From the sequence record PQ567651.1: a stretch of DNA of 64,000 nucleotides. One strand, written 5' to 3'. The notes beneath the pieces were generated by a model. That model did not search any database. It worked only from the letters and a program-made list of their open reading frames with translations, and was not told the origin of the DNA. Made by a program: the position numbers and the translations under genes. Positions 45,628-55,175 of the stretch are shown one piece after another (the stretch's first letter is position 1; every line of letters starts with the position of its first letter). Origin of the DNA: Escherichia phage cardinal.

Positions 45628-46191
45628 ATGGCTAAACTTTATTTCCGATATAGTCCGATGAACAGTGGTAAAAGCACACATTTGCTACAAACAGCTTGGA
45701 ACTATAAAGAAAGAAATATGAAAGTTCTTCTTTTAACTTCAGCTTTAGATACCAGATCTGGTTGTGCTATTGCTTCTAGGATAGGTATTAAAGAGGAAGC
45801 AAAACCAGTTAAAACAAAAGAAGATATGCTGGAAATTTATACACAACTTAAAGAAAATCCAGTAGATGCAGTATTTGTGGACGAATCACAATTCCTAACT
45901 AAAGATATGGTTGACATTCTTGGAGATGTGGTAGATAATTACGATATTCCTGTATTCTGTTATGGGCTTAAAACAGATTTTGCTACAGAATTGTTTGAAG
46001 GTTCTGAACGGTTATTAGCCATAGCAGATTCAATTACAGAATTGAAAAGCATTTGTAAATGTGGAAGAAAAGCTATTTTCAATGCTAGACTTATCGACTC
46101 TAAAGAACAGATTGTTATTGGAGGAGAAGACATTTACGAAACAATGTGTAGAAAATGTTATAACAGGAGAAATAATGCGTCTAGTATGTGA
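45628..46191 (+). CDS. tdk: thymidine kinase
   Basis: 187 aa; P-loop SPMNSGKST, DESQF, C-terminal zinc ribbon CKCG...CRKCY. Confidence 0.8.
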   Translation: MAKLYFRYSPMNSGKSTHLLQTAWNYKERNMKVLLLTSALDTRSGCAIASRIGIKEEAKPVKTKEDMLEIYTQLKENPVDAVFVDESQFLTKDMVDILGDVVDNYDIPVFCYGLKTDFATELFEGSERLLAIADSITELKSICKCGRKAIFNARLIDSKEQIVIGGEDIYETMCRKCYNRRNNASSM

Positions 46192-46765
46192 TTGGGATTT
46201 AGTAATAGCTCCTGCCGATGTAGAATGGTTGAGTTGGTTAAATGCGGTAAGTAGATCTAATATCAAATTTGATAAGACACATAAGACTGTGCATTATGAT
46301 ATTACGAAATATTTTCCTGATTTTAAAAAGCAATTTGGTGTAGATCCTTACTCTTTTTGGGATAACCAACATCTATATGATACTATGGGAGTAGTACCTA
46401 ATAGTACAGATGTTGTTCATCGTATAATTGCAAATGGAGCTAATATATCTATAGCAAGCCACACTAAAGGTGGACACCTTAGTTCTAAATATAGACACGT
46501 AACACGATCTTTAGATAAAGTGGACTTTAGTAGAACATCTGGTAATGGCTTTTTTGCAACAAAAGAAAAATACTTATTACCTTGCGACGTAACTATTGAC
46601 GATAGGGCTGAAAATCTTGTCCTATTTCCAGATGAAACGTTGAAAATATATTTCAACACTATTTACGAAGATCCATACTTGGAAGAGTTAAAGAAACTTC
46701 CTAATGTAATTATCACTGGTTTAGATAATCAGTGGGAAGAAATTGAAAGTATTTTACTACCTTAA
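46175..46765 (+). CDS. HAD-family phosphatase (possible 5'-deoxynucleotidase)
   Basis: ATG at 46175 after AGGAGA; begins MRLVCDWDLVIAPA (HAD motif I DxD); overlaps tdk 3' end. Confidence 0.45.
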   Translation: MRLVCDWDLVIAPADVEWLSWLNAVSRSNIKFDKTHKTVHYDITKYFPDFKKQFGVDPYSFWDNQHLYDTMGVVPNSTDVVHRIIANGANISIASHTKGGHLSSKYRHVTRSLDKVDFSRTSGNGFFATKEKYLLPCDVTIDDRAENLVLFPDETLKIYFNTIYEDPYLEELKKLPNVIITGLDNQWEEIESILLP

Positions 46766-46774
46766 GGAGAAATA

Positions 46775-47746
46775 ATGACAAACTCTATTTCAGCAAAAAT
46801 TATTGCACACTCTCAAACATCTGAAGGTAAGGATATTGTTACCTTTGAACTTGAATATCCTCGAATCATTCACTCTGAATTGATGACGCATCGTTTGTTT
46901 TCTCGTAATGCCGCATCAAGTCGAGCTATCCCTGTTAAAACTCTAATTGAAATGGTACGGCAATCTCCAGCACGTCCTTATCGTTTTGGTGCTAACCAAC
47001 CAGGTATGCAAGATAAAGGCACAGATCACGATGCCCTGATTGATGCAGGTTACACTGCAAAAGAATGGTGGGACTTGGCTGCACTAAGTGCTGCACGTTT
47101 TGCAGAAGAGTTTGCCCTTGCTGGTTATCATAAACAGGTTGCAAACCGCCTACTAGAACCATTCCAGCGTATGAAGACTGTAGTAACCACTACAGAGCTA
47201 GAAAACTTCTTGTGGTTGCGCGTAGATGCTGATGCAGATCCTACTATTGAGGCTCTTGCTAAAGAAATTAAAAAACTGTATGAATCTTCTGAACCATATC
47301 TTCTTTTCCCAGGGGAATGGCATACACCTTACGTTAATCGTGATCGAGATCCAGAAACTGGCATGATCCGTTATTTCTTGGGTGAAACCTTCTCCAACGA
47401 GAAAATGTTGACAGAAGAGGAAGCAAAAGCTATTTCAGCTTCTTGTTGCGCTCAGGTAAGTTATCGTAAATTGAATGATACTAAAGATAAAGCATTGGAC
47501 ATCTATTCTCGTTTGCTGTCTGGACAAAAGGTACATGCATCTCCGTTTGAACACCAGGCAACGCCAATGAAAGAAATGGATTTGTCAGGATTAAAACAAC
47601 AGAAAGGTGGTATTAATATTCCTCCGTTCCCTACTTCTTGGGAAGAAGGTATTACACACATGGATCGTAAACATCGTTTGTGGAGTGGAAACTTCTGTGG
47701 TTGGATTCAACATCGTCAACTTTTGACTAACCATACAAAATGGTGA
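46775..47746 (+). CDS. thyX: flavin-dependent thymidylate synthase ThyX
   Basis: 323 aa; ELMTHRLFSRNAASSRAIP carries the ThyX RHRxxxxxxxSxR signature. Confidence 0.8.
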   Translation: MTNSISAKIIAHSQTSEGKDIVTFELEYPRIIHSELMTHRLFSRNAASSRAIPVKTLIEMVRQSPARPYRFGANQPGMQDKGTDHDALIDAGYTAKEWWDLAALSAARFAEEFALAGYHKQVANRLLEPFQRMKTVVTTTELENFLWLRVDADADPTIEALAKEIKKLYESSEPYLLFPGEWHTPYVNRDRDPETGMIRYFLGETFSNEKMLTEEEAKAISASCCAQVSYRKLNDTKDKALDIYSRLLSGQKVHASPFEHQATPMKEMDLSGLKQQKGGINIPPFPTSWEEGITHMDRKHRLWSGNFCGWIQHRQLLTNHTKW

Positions 47747-47763
47747 TCAACTTAAAATTATAG

Positions 47764-47792
47764 TTGACTTTTAATTGAGATTCGTGTAGTAT
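47764..47792 (+). promoter_or_regulatory. sigma70-like promoter TTGACT-N17-TAGTAT
   Basis: Read directly; followed by leader hairpin GGAGAGC-TATG-CTCTCC and SD GAAGGAG. Confidence 0.4.
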
Positions 47793-47843
47793 AGGCTAAC
47801 GTTAGGAGAGCTATGCTCTCCTTAAAAGAGAGAAGGAGAATTT

Positions 47844-48254
47844 ATGTCACTAATTAATACAACCATTTGGGCGACCGTAAGTATGTCTACCATTAAGGCT
47901 ACACCGATCTGGAAAGAAATGGCTAAAAAACACGGAGGAAAAATTCCTCACGAGTATCATAACACTACATTGCGAGCAGCATTAGTAATGCTTGGTATGT
48001 CTACCGATGGACATTATACAGTAGAACGTGGTGTTAATATTCGTAGTAACAACAATCGACGTGTGGTGTTTGCAAATACTACATTGTATACTTTCCCAGT
48101 TCGACAAGACTATAAATATAAGCGAATCTATCAAGGTGTAGATATTTTGCACTTTGGAGAAGAAGATTTTACAGGTTGGGGTAGCTCTCATATCAAAATG
48201 GAAGACTTCGGAAATGAACATGATCCATCACGAGATGATGATTCTGAATTCTAA
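47844..48254 (+). CDS. hypothetical protein
   Basis: 136 aa. Confidence 0.4.
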   Translation: MSLINTTIWATVSMSTIKATPIWKEMAKKHGGKIPHEYHNTTLRAALVMLGMSTDGHYTVERGVNIRSNNNRRVVFANTTLYTFPVRQDYKYKRIYQGVDILHFGEEDFTGWGSSHIKMEDFGNEHDPSRDDDSEF

Positions 48255-48515
48255 TTGAGAGGCCAAATGACAGAAAGTAATAAATATGAAGGCTGTGAAA
48301 TTGAAGTCTATTTTGATGAAACATTAGGTTGCAATGTAACAGTTATTCTTGATACATCTAAAAGATTATCCCCAAAAAGACAAGAAGCAGACCGCAAAGC
48401 AAAGGCAAAAGGTTTTGAAGGTATAGATCATTTTGAAGGTTTTCTATACGCAAATGGCTTATATAATGAGATGCGTGGCGGTTATGATGTAGATGTTCTA
48501 AACATGCACAATTAA
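48255..48515 (+). CDS. hypothetical protein
   Basis: 86 aa. Confidence 0.4.
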   Translation: MRGQMTESNKYEGCEIEVYFDETLGCNVTVILDTSKRLSPKRQEADRKAKAKGFEGIDHFEGFLYANGLYNEMRGGYDVDVLNMHN

Positions 48516-48526
48516 TAGGAGAGGAA

Positions 48527-50791
48527 GTGACTCAGTATCTAAGCAAATCTATCCGTTATGTAACAAAAACAAACGGCAAGAAAGAAGAATTTAATCCAGA
48601 AAAACTTCGTAAATGGTCAGAGTTTGCTGCTGGTAAATTAAATTGGTCTGAAATTGAACTCGAAGCTGTTAAACGTTGTTACGACGGTGTGCCTACTCGT
48701 GATTTACATAAAGCTATGATAGCAGCATGTATTGATAAGAAAGATCAGGCATATAGTGATATGGCAGGTCGGTTACTTCTTGGTATGATTTATAAACAGG
48801 CTCATGGGGGATATCACAATATCCCCTCCCTCCTGGATTTCTACAATATGTCTGTAAGTAAAGGCTATTGGGGAAAAATGGATTATACAGAAGAAGAAAT
48901 TATTGAGATTGGTAAAATTGTCAATCATGATAAAAACCTAACTTATGGTTATTCCGTACTGCGCCAGATGGTTGATAAGTATCTTGTGAAAGATGCGATC
49001 AATGATGTGGTTTTTGAATCACCACAATTTTTATTCATTGGTGTAGCAATGAAGGTAATGGAAATTCAACCAAAAGATCGCAGAGTAGAAGACATTAAAC
49101 GTCTATATACCTACGTAAGTGATCTTAAGATTAATTTACCATCACCTTATTTAACAACGTTGCGTACTAAGATTAAAGGTAGTGCTTCTTGTTGTCTGTT
49201 TAGAGCAGATGATACAGCAGAATCTTTAGCAATTGCTAACTATCTTGCTCATGAATATACATTGAATAATGCAGGTATTGGTGTTAACCTCCAAACCCGT
49301 GCTACAGGACAAGGTGTTAAGAACAACCGTATCGTTCACGGTGGTCTTTTACCATATCTGAAATGGATGGAAACAAGTGTTGGAGCATCAAAACAAGCAA
49401 GCCGTGGTGGAAGTGCAACAGTAACGTTTACAATATTAGAACCTGATTTTGAAGATCTGGTACGTTTGAAAAACCCAACTACTGTTAGTGAAAAACGAGT
49501 AGATAAACTTGATTACTCTATTGTAGTAAACAATGCTTTCCTGCGCCGTGCAGCAAAAGGTAAAGATTGGATGCTAGTCAGTTATGACGAAGCACCAGAA
49601 CTCTATGAGGCGCTTTATAAAAGCGAGGAAGAGTTTGAAGAAGTATATGAAAAAGTTAGTCGCAAACGAATTAAGAAGAAGTTTGTAAAAGCACGAGATC
49701 TTCTGGCAGAAATTATTACACAAAGAGCAGAGACAGGACGTATTTATATGTTCTTTGCGGATAATGCTAATAAGCATACTCCGTTTAAGGATGTTATTTA
49801 TCAGTCCAACTTGTGCCAAGAAATTTTCTTACCTACGAAAGCATTTCACAGTATGACTGATCTTTTCACAGGTGAGAATACAGAAGACCAAGAATTGGCA
49901 TTATGCTTCCTGTCTTCTATTGTAGCTGGTCGTGTTACACCAGAAGAATATGAAGATGTTGCATATTATACCGTTCTAACTATTGATAATGTTATTGAAA
50001 CAATGCAGTATCCGTTTAAACATAACGAAATCACTGCTAAAGCACGTAGGTCTATCGGTGTAGGTATTACAAACCTGGCACATTATCTGGCAAGTAATTT
50101 TGTTACTTATTCAGATCCTTACGGCAAAAAACTAATTCACGAATTAGCAGAAAGACATTATTACTGGTTAGCAAGAGCTTCTCTTCGTTTGGCAAAAGAG
50201 AAAGGTAATGCAGAATGGATGCATAAAACCAAGTGGCCTGAAGGATGGTTGCCTATTGATACCTACGCTAAAGCTGTAGACGATATTGGCAATTTTAAAC
50301 TTAAAATGGATTGGGAAGGTTTACGACAAGATATCATTGCACAAGGTGGTATCCGAAATAGCGTATTAGCAGCTATTGCTCCAAATGAGTCCAGTAGTCT
50401 TGTAAGTAATACGACTAACTCTGTGTATCCTGTACGTGATACTATAGTTTATAAACAAAGCCAAAAGGGTAATGTTCTGTTTATTGTGCCAGACTACGAT
50501 AAACTAAAAGATATTTACCAATCGGCTTGGGATACACCAGATAAAGATATGGCTGAAGCATATGGACTGTTGACTAAATTCTTAGATCAAGGTGCATCAT
50601 GTGATAAGTGGATTGACTATTCTAAGATGGAAGGTGGTCGTTTATCCATTAAATCAGAAATGCAATATATTCTTCAGTTTGCAAAACTTGGTGGTAAATC
50701 TTTGTACTACCTAAATAGCAGAACAAAATCGGCATCCTCACTCGCTCAAGAAGATTCTGAAGACGAGGGGTGTAGCGCCTGTAAAATGTAA
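48527..50791 (+). CDS. nrdA: ribonucleotide reductase large subunit (class I)
   Basis: 754 aa; NLCQEIFLPT (class I active-site Cys-Glu region) and C-terminal CSACKM. Confidence 0.85.
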   Translation: MTQYLSKSIRYVTKTNGKKEEFNPEKLRKWSEFAAGKLNWSEIELEAVKRCYDGVPTRDLHKAMIAACIDKKDQAYSDMAGRLLLGMIYKQAHGGYHNIPSLLDFYNMSVSKGYWGKMDYTEEEIIEIGKIVNHDKNLTYGYSVLRQMVDKYLVKDAINDVVFESPQFLFIGVAMKVMEIQPKDRRVEDIKRLYTYVSDLKINLPSPYLTTLRTKIKGSASCCLFRADDTAESLAIANYLAHEYTLNNAGIGVNLQTRATGQGVKNNRIVHGGLLPYLKWMETSVGASKQASRGGSATVTFTILEPDFEDLVRLKNPTTVSEKRVDKLDYSIVVNNAFLRRAAKGKDWMLVSYDEAPELYEALYKSEEEFEEVYEKVSRKRIKKKFVKARDLLAEIITQRAETGRIYMFFADNANKHTPFKDVIYQSNLCQEIFLPTKAFHSMTDLFTGENTEDQELALCFLSSIVAGRVTPEEYEDVAYYTVLTIDNVIETMQYPFKHNEITAKARRSIGVGITNLAHYLASNFVTYSDPYGKKLIHELAERHYYWLARASLRLAKEKGNAEWMHKTKWPEGWLPIDTYAKAVDDIGNFKLKMDWEGLRQDIIAQGGIRNSVLAAIAPNESSSLVSNTTNSVYPVRDTIVYKQSQKGNVLFIVPDYDKLKDIYQSAWDTPDKDMAEAYGLLTKFLDQGASCDKWIDYSKMEGGRLSIKSEMQYILQFAKLGGKSLYYLNSRTKSASSLAQEDSEDEGCSACKM

Positions 50792-50797
50792 TGAAAC

Positions 50798-50822
50798 TAG
50801 GGGGCTTTGTCCCCCTTTCTTA
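50798..50822 (+). terminator. rho-independent terminator after nrdA
   Basis: AGGGGGCTTTGTCCCCCTTTCTT. Confidence 0.55.
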
Positions 50823-50831
50823 AGGAGGAAT

Positions 50832-51167
50832 ATGCCTACATTAGTTGTATTACCTGGAGCAACACCACAAAGACATTGGGGAAATTATACACTGGTAGAT
50901 AGTAAAGATTTTACATTCGATTGGTGTTGCCATTATATTGCAGGTTTTCAATTTTCCAGTGTTGAAATATGGGCTTCCAATGATCCAGAAGCTACCTGGT
51001 ATGCTTTAACCAGGGCAAGATATGATGGAGAGGTTACTGTACTACTCACAAAGAGTGTATGGAACGCATTAGAGAAGGCTTACATAGAGAATGGTATGGA
51101 GAGAAAACACATTGATACAATAAAAGCAATGTGTGATATTGTGGAGGATTTAAATGGCAGCGATTAA
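50832..51167 (+). CDS. hypothetical protein between nrdA and nrdB
   Basis: 111 aa. Confidence 0.4.
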   Translation: MPTLVVLPGATPQRHWGNYTLVDSKDFTFDWCCHYIAGFQFSSVEIWASNDPEATWYALTRARYDGEVTVLLTKSVWNALEKAYIENGMERKHIDTIKAMCDIVEDLNGSD

Positions 51168-52239
51168 TTTATACAACGACACTTACAAAGAAGGTTTCTA
51201 CCCTGTATTTTTGGGAGAACAGTTAGGTATTTTTGATTCTATTAACGTAACATACCCAGAAATGCATCGTCTGTACAAACTACAAAAACAGCAAGATTGG
51301 GATGAAAACGAAGTAAACTTAGATCAGACACGAAAAGATTTCGTAGCTTGTTCTAAAAGCAACTATGATGTTATGATCAAAAACCTATCCTTCCAATGGG
51401 AAAATGATTCACTTGCTAAATCAATCATCACTTTGTTTGCACCATTTTTAAGCAACAACGAAGCATGTGCAATGATGATGAAGCAATCAGAAATGGAAGT
51501 TTTACACGCTTTGACATATTCTGAAATTATTCGTCAGTGTATCCCTAATCCAAATGAAGTTATCGATCAGATTATGGAGAACGAAAGAATCTTCCAGAGG
51601 ATGGGTATAGTTGAAGAGATAATGAGTGATCTGGCAGAGGCAGGGCATAAATATGCTCTAGGTCTGATTGAGAAGGATGATAACCTTCGTCTACTGATTC
51701 TGAAAGGAATGATTGCACTTATCGGTCTGGAAGGCATTCAATTCATATCATCTTTTGCTGCAACATTTGCCTTAGCAGAGCAGCAATTGTTTGTAGGTGC
51801 AGCTAAACTCATTCAAAAAATTATGTTGGATGAACTATTGCACGTTAAAATGGATTATGCTATTATTGATGCACTGCTGAAAGATCCTGTTTGGAGAAAA
51901 GTATACGAAGACAATATCGACGTTCTGACAGAAATTCTTGACACGGTAGTTGGACAAGAGGAAGATTGGTGTGACTATCTGTTTAGTGAAGGAAGGGTTA
52001 TCGTTGGTGGTAACGCAGAGTTGTTCAAACTTTGGGTTTACTTCAATGCCGCGCCTATCTATCGCAGACTGAAAATGAAACACAAATTCCGTGCACCGAA
52101 GAAAAGTCCACTGCCTTGGATGGATGTTTGGTTAAATCCAGATCAAATTCAAGCAGCAGCACAGGAGATCCAAATTACAGCTTACAAACTGAATTCAGCA
52201 AATAAAGATGTAAGTGATGACGAGGAGTTAGACTTCTAA
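51154..52239 (+). CDS. nrdB: ribonucleotide reductase small subunit (class I)
   Basis: 361 aa; EMEVLHALTYS (iron ligands and radical Tyr), LEGIQFISSFA, LDELLHV, acidic C-terminus DDEELDF. Confidence 0.85.
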   Translation: MAAINLYNDTYKEGFYPVFLGEQLGIFDSINVTYPEMHRLYKLQKQQDWDENEVNLDQTRKDFVACSKSNYDVMIKNLSFQWENDSLAKSIITLFAPFLSNNEACAMMMKQSEMEVLHALTYSEIIRQCIPNPNEVIDQIMENERIFQRMGIVEEIMSDLAEAGHKYALGLIEKDDNLRLLILKGMIALIGLEGIQFISSFAATFALAEQQLFVGAAKLIQKIMLDELLHVKMDYAIIDALLKDPVWRKVYEDNIDVLTEILDTVVGQEEDWCDYLFSEGRVIVGGNAELFKLWVYFNAAPIYRRLKMKHKFRAPKKSPLPWMDVWLNPDQIQAAAQEIQITAYKLNSANKDVSDDEELDF

Positions 52240-52457
52240 TGAAACTACTTTGTGTTGGATTAATTTCTGACTTCAAAGACGTTTTCGAAAAGGGAGCCTC
52301 TTATGAGGCTTCCGAATTACAGAATGGTTTCTGTGATGTTTACGGCAAACGTTTAAAAAAGAATGGTGATCATTGGCTAGGAGTTATGTCTTGCGGTCAT
52401 ATTATAGTTAATGGTGTAGCCAAGTTTGAAATTATCAAAGGAGAAAAAGATGATTGA
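52239..52457 (+). CDS. hypothetical protein
   Basis: 72 aa. Confidence 0.35.
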   Translation: MKLLCVGLISDFKDVFEKGASYEASELQNGFCDVYGKRLKKNGDHWLGVMSCGHIIVNGVAKFEIIKGEKDD

Positions 52458-52632
52458 TTTTGTTGATGTAGATATTAATTCTGACTTAACAGAAGATGAA
52501 GGTGGTGCTTTTGTGTGTTCAGATGGAGAGAAATGTTTTACTCTGATGGTAGAAACTTATGATGGTATCACAGAAATTCTGTTAACAGAGAATGAGTTAA
52601 AACAGATGTTAGAAAAGATTGAGGAGCTTTAA
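52426..52632 (+). CDS. hypothetical acidic protein
   Basis: 68 aa. Confidence 0.35.
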   Translation: MKLSKEKKMIDFVDVDINSDLTEDEGGAFVCSDGEKCFTLMVETYDGITEILLTENELKQMLEKIEEL

Positions 52633-52634
52633 TA

Positions 52635-52781
52635 ATGGACGATGTAAGTATTTGTCCTATCTGCGGCGGCACTGGGAATTTTATTGTTAGTATGGAACAA
52701 TTTATTCCTTGTTGGAATTGTAACGGTTTAGGTTTCGTTCATACGGAAGAAAAAGAAGAGGAGGAAGATAATGGGAACTAA
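52635..52781 (+). CDS. small zinc-ribbon protein (48 aa)
   Basis: Not in ORF track; my translation MDDVSICPICGGTGNFIVSMEQFIPCWNCNGLGFVHTEEKEEEEDNGN has two CxxC pairs. Confidence 0.3.
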   Translation: MDDVSICPICGGTGNFIVSMEQFIPCWNCNGLGFVHTEEKEEEEDNGN

Positions 52782-53097
52782 TATTGAATGGCGTATGTTA
52801 CAGGGTGCGCCTTTTAATAAATGGGAAGAGGCTGTAGGAGAAGATCCTAGAATTGAAGAAGAATTTGATGGAGATTTTAACTGGTTCTTACAAGAAGGTC
52901 TTGATTTAAGTCGTATCTCTCCTTTCTATGACGCTGATGAATCTTACTGCATATATGGCATTTATTTAGAAGGTGGCGAAGGAAGTATAGCTGTAGATCT
53001 TGAGCAACTAAATAAGAATGCAAAAGAAGCCTATGCACAACTTCTTGAAAAATATAACATTGAAACGGAAACTATTATTTCTCAACACGTTTGGTAA
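52771..53097 (+). CDS. hypothetical acidic protein
   Basis: 108 aa. Confidence 0.4.
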   Translation: MGTNIEWRMLQGAPFNKWEEAVGEDPRIEEEFDGDFNWFLQEGLDLSRISPFYDADESYCIYGIYLEGGEGSIAVDLEQLNKNAKEAYAQLLEKYNIETETIISQHVW

Positions 53098-53110
53098 GGA
53101 GGATAGTAGA

Positions 53111-53308
53111 ATGATGCTAGATCAACTGATCAATGCTCCTCGCGTAACAGTAAGTCCAAAAACATTTGCATCACTTTTAGAAGATGCTAGAGAGGTTTAT
53201 AACTTTACTGAAGAAGAGATTCCTGTTCCTGTTGAAAAAGGTTCCAGATGGTTGTTTTATGAAGGTATTATTTTTACTGAAGGGAATAATTGGAAGGAGA
53301 CTAAATGA
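53111..53308 (+). CDS. hypothetical protein
   Basis: ATG at 53111 after GGAGGA; ORF track start 53018 overlaps the upstream gene. Confidence 0.35.
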   Translation: MMLDQLINAPRVTVSPKTFASLLEDAREVYNFTEEEIPVPVEKGSRWLFYEGIIFTEGNNWKETK

Positions 53309-54213
53309 AATACTTAGTAACAGGTGGTTTAGGCTTTATTGGAAGTGCGGTAGTTCGTTTCCTGGCTAAAAACACTAAGAATGATATTTACGTTATAGAT
53401 AAATGGAGTTACGCTTCAGACCCTAGAAATTTATCAGAAACACCTAATGTAAAGTTTTGTCGTGTTGACTTGACAAATGCTCAGTTAACTGCTAAGATTG
53501 TGGCAGATGTTAATCCAGATTATATAATGCATCTTGCAGCAGAAAGTCACGTAGATAACTCAATAGCATCACCGAGTGTTTTTATAAATTCAAATATTGT
53601 TGGAACATTTAATCTTCTAGAAGCTGTTCGTTTAATGGGAGATAAATCAAATCTTAAAATGTTTCATCATATTTCAACAGACTATGTTTTTGATGGGCAT
53701 GTTGCTGGCACAGAAGATAGTAAAACAAACCCCTTGAACACCTACGGTTACAGTAAACAATTAGGTGAAACTTTAGTACAAACAGTTTGTCCTACAGCAC
53801 TTATTATCAGAACAGCTTCTGTTTATAGTGAATTTGGACATAACTTTTTGAAAACTATGTTGGAACGCTACAACGGTGGTCAAAAAGAATTTAATGTAGT
53901 ATGTGATCATTTATCATGTCCTACTTATGCACCTGATCTTGCAGAAACAATTTTTAAACTTGTAAAAGATGGTGTAAATAGTAAAATTGTACACTATGCA
54001 GGTGCAGATTATATTTCTTGGTATGATTTTGCACGAAAGATATTTCTTGTTATAGATTTATCTGTTACAGTTAATCCTGTATCTGCTTCAACCTATAATT
54101 CCAAAGCAGTCAGACCAGCAACATCTTATTTAAGAACAGATCCTACTTTAAATCCGCGAAGTGTTGATAGCGGTATTGTAAGAGCTTTAACTATACTTTT
54201 AAACAAGGAGTGA
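53305..54213 (+). CDS. NAD(P)-dependent epimerase/reductase of the extended SDR family (RmlD-like)
   Basis: 302 aa; Rossmann VTGGLGFIGS and catalytic YGYSK (YxxxK). Confidence 0.6.
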   Translation: MKYLVTGGLGFIGSAVVRFLAKNTKNDIYVIDKWSYASDPRNLSETPNVKFCRVDLTNAQLTAKIVADVNPDYIMHLAAESHVDNSIASPSVFINSNIVGTFNLLEAVRLMGDKSNLKMFHHISTDYVFDGHVAGTEDSKTNPLNTYGYSKQLGETLVQTVCPTALIIRTASVYSEFGHNFLKTMLERYNGGQKEFNVVCDHLSCPTYAPDLAETIFKLVKDGVNSKIVHYAGADYISWYDFARKIFLVIDLSVTVNPVSASTYNSKAVRPATSYLRTDPTLNPRSVDSGIVRALTILLNKE

Positions 54214-54476
54214 AAATGAATTTTATTATCTACGGTAAACCAAATTGTCCTTTCTGCACTAACGCTAAGATTCTACTAGAACAGCGTGAACAGGATTTTA
54301 AATACCTTACCTTAGATGAAGACTATTCTTTAGATCAGATTCAGAATCTGGTTTTAGAGAAAACAGGTGTTCTACCACGCACATTTCCTCAGATTTTTGT
54401 GGAAGATGGTGAACAGCTAACCCACGTAGGAGGTTTTTCTGAACTACGTGAATTCATGGCTCAGATTGCGGAGTAA
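54210..54476 (+). CDS. glutaredoxin (NrdH/Grx-like)
   Basis: 88 aa; active site CPFC. Confidence 0.75.
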   Translation: MKMNFIIYGKPNCPFCTNAKILLEQREQDFKYLTLDEDYSLDQIQNLVLEKTGVLPRTFPQIFVEDGEQLTHVGGFSELREFMAQIAE

Positions 54477-54480
54477 CAAT

Positions 54481-54624
54481 ATGAAAGGTAAACAGAAACG
54501 TAAAATCTTTTCTCGTGCTTTGGCAACAGAGCTTAAGTCCCAAACTAAAAAGACGAAGCCTAAACGTGAAATGTCTCCTGAACACCTACTGTTTCAAGAG
54601 TTAGATCATGGGGAGGGCGACTGA
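54481..54624 (+). CDS. small basic protein (47 aa)
   Basis: Not in ORF track; my translation MKGKQKRKIFSRALATELKSQTKKTKPKREMSPEHLLFQELDHGEGD. Confidence 0.25.
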   Translation: MKGKQKRKIFSRALATELKSQTKKTKPKREMSPEHLLFQELDHGEGD

Positions 54625-54636
54625 TATAAGGAAAAC

Positions 54637-55137
54637 ATGGCTAAAGTAGTTGATGTGTTTGATATGTTACGTTTTGATGAAGGACTAAAGCTAACTGTGT
54701 ATCCTGATACCGAAGGGTATTGGACAGTTGGTATTGGACACCTTCTGACAAAACTCAAAGATAAAGCAGAAGCTATACGTATTCTTGATAACTTAGTAGG
54801 TAGAAAAACCAATGGGGTTATTACTGAAGCGGAAGCTAGAAGAATCTTTGAGAGTGACGTAAAGAAAGCGATACAACAAATCCATTCAAGTGCCATATTA
54901 TCTCCTATTTACGATAAAGTAAGTCCTAATCGTAAAATGGCTATTATTAATATGGTATTTCAAATGGGATTGAAAGGTGCAGAATCTTTCAAAAATAGCT
55001 TGACTTTAGTGAGTAATTCATATTATACTCAAGCCTCTATAAATTTACGTAAAAGTAAATGGTATCGCCAAACACCTAATCGCGCAGAGCGTGTAATTCA
55101 GGTACTTAAAACTGGAACATTAGACGCTTATAACTAA
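54637..55137 (+). CDS. endolysin (T4 lysozyme-like muramidase)
   Basis: 166 aa; DEGLKLTVYPDTEGYWTVGIGH matches the T4-lysozyme catalytic region (Glu, Asp, Thr). Confidence 0.8.
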   Translation: MAKVVDVFDMLRFDEGLKLTVYPDTEGYWTVGIGHLLTKLKDKAEAIRILDNLVGRKTNGVITEAEARRIFESDVKKAIQQIHSSAILSPIYDKVSPNRKMAIINMVFQMGLKGAESFKNSLTLVSNSYYTQASINLRKSKWYRQTPNRAERVIQVLKTGTLDAYN

Positions 55138-55139
55138 AC

Positions 55140-55163
55140 AAAGGGGCGAAAGCCCCTTTTATA
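55140..55163 (+). terminator. rho-independent terminator (same hairpin as 44403..44428)
   Basis: AAAGGGGCGAAAGCCCCTTTTAT. Confidence 0.6.
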
Positions 55164-55175
55164 AGGAGTGCAAAC

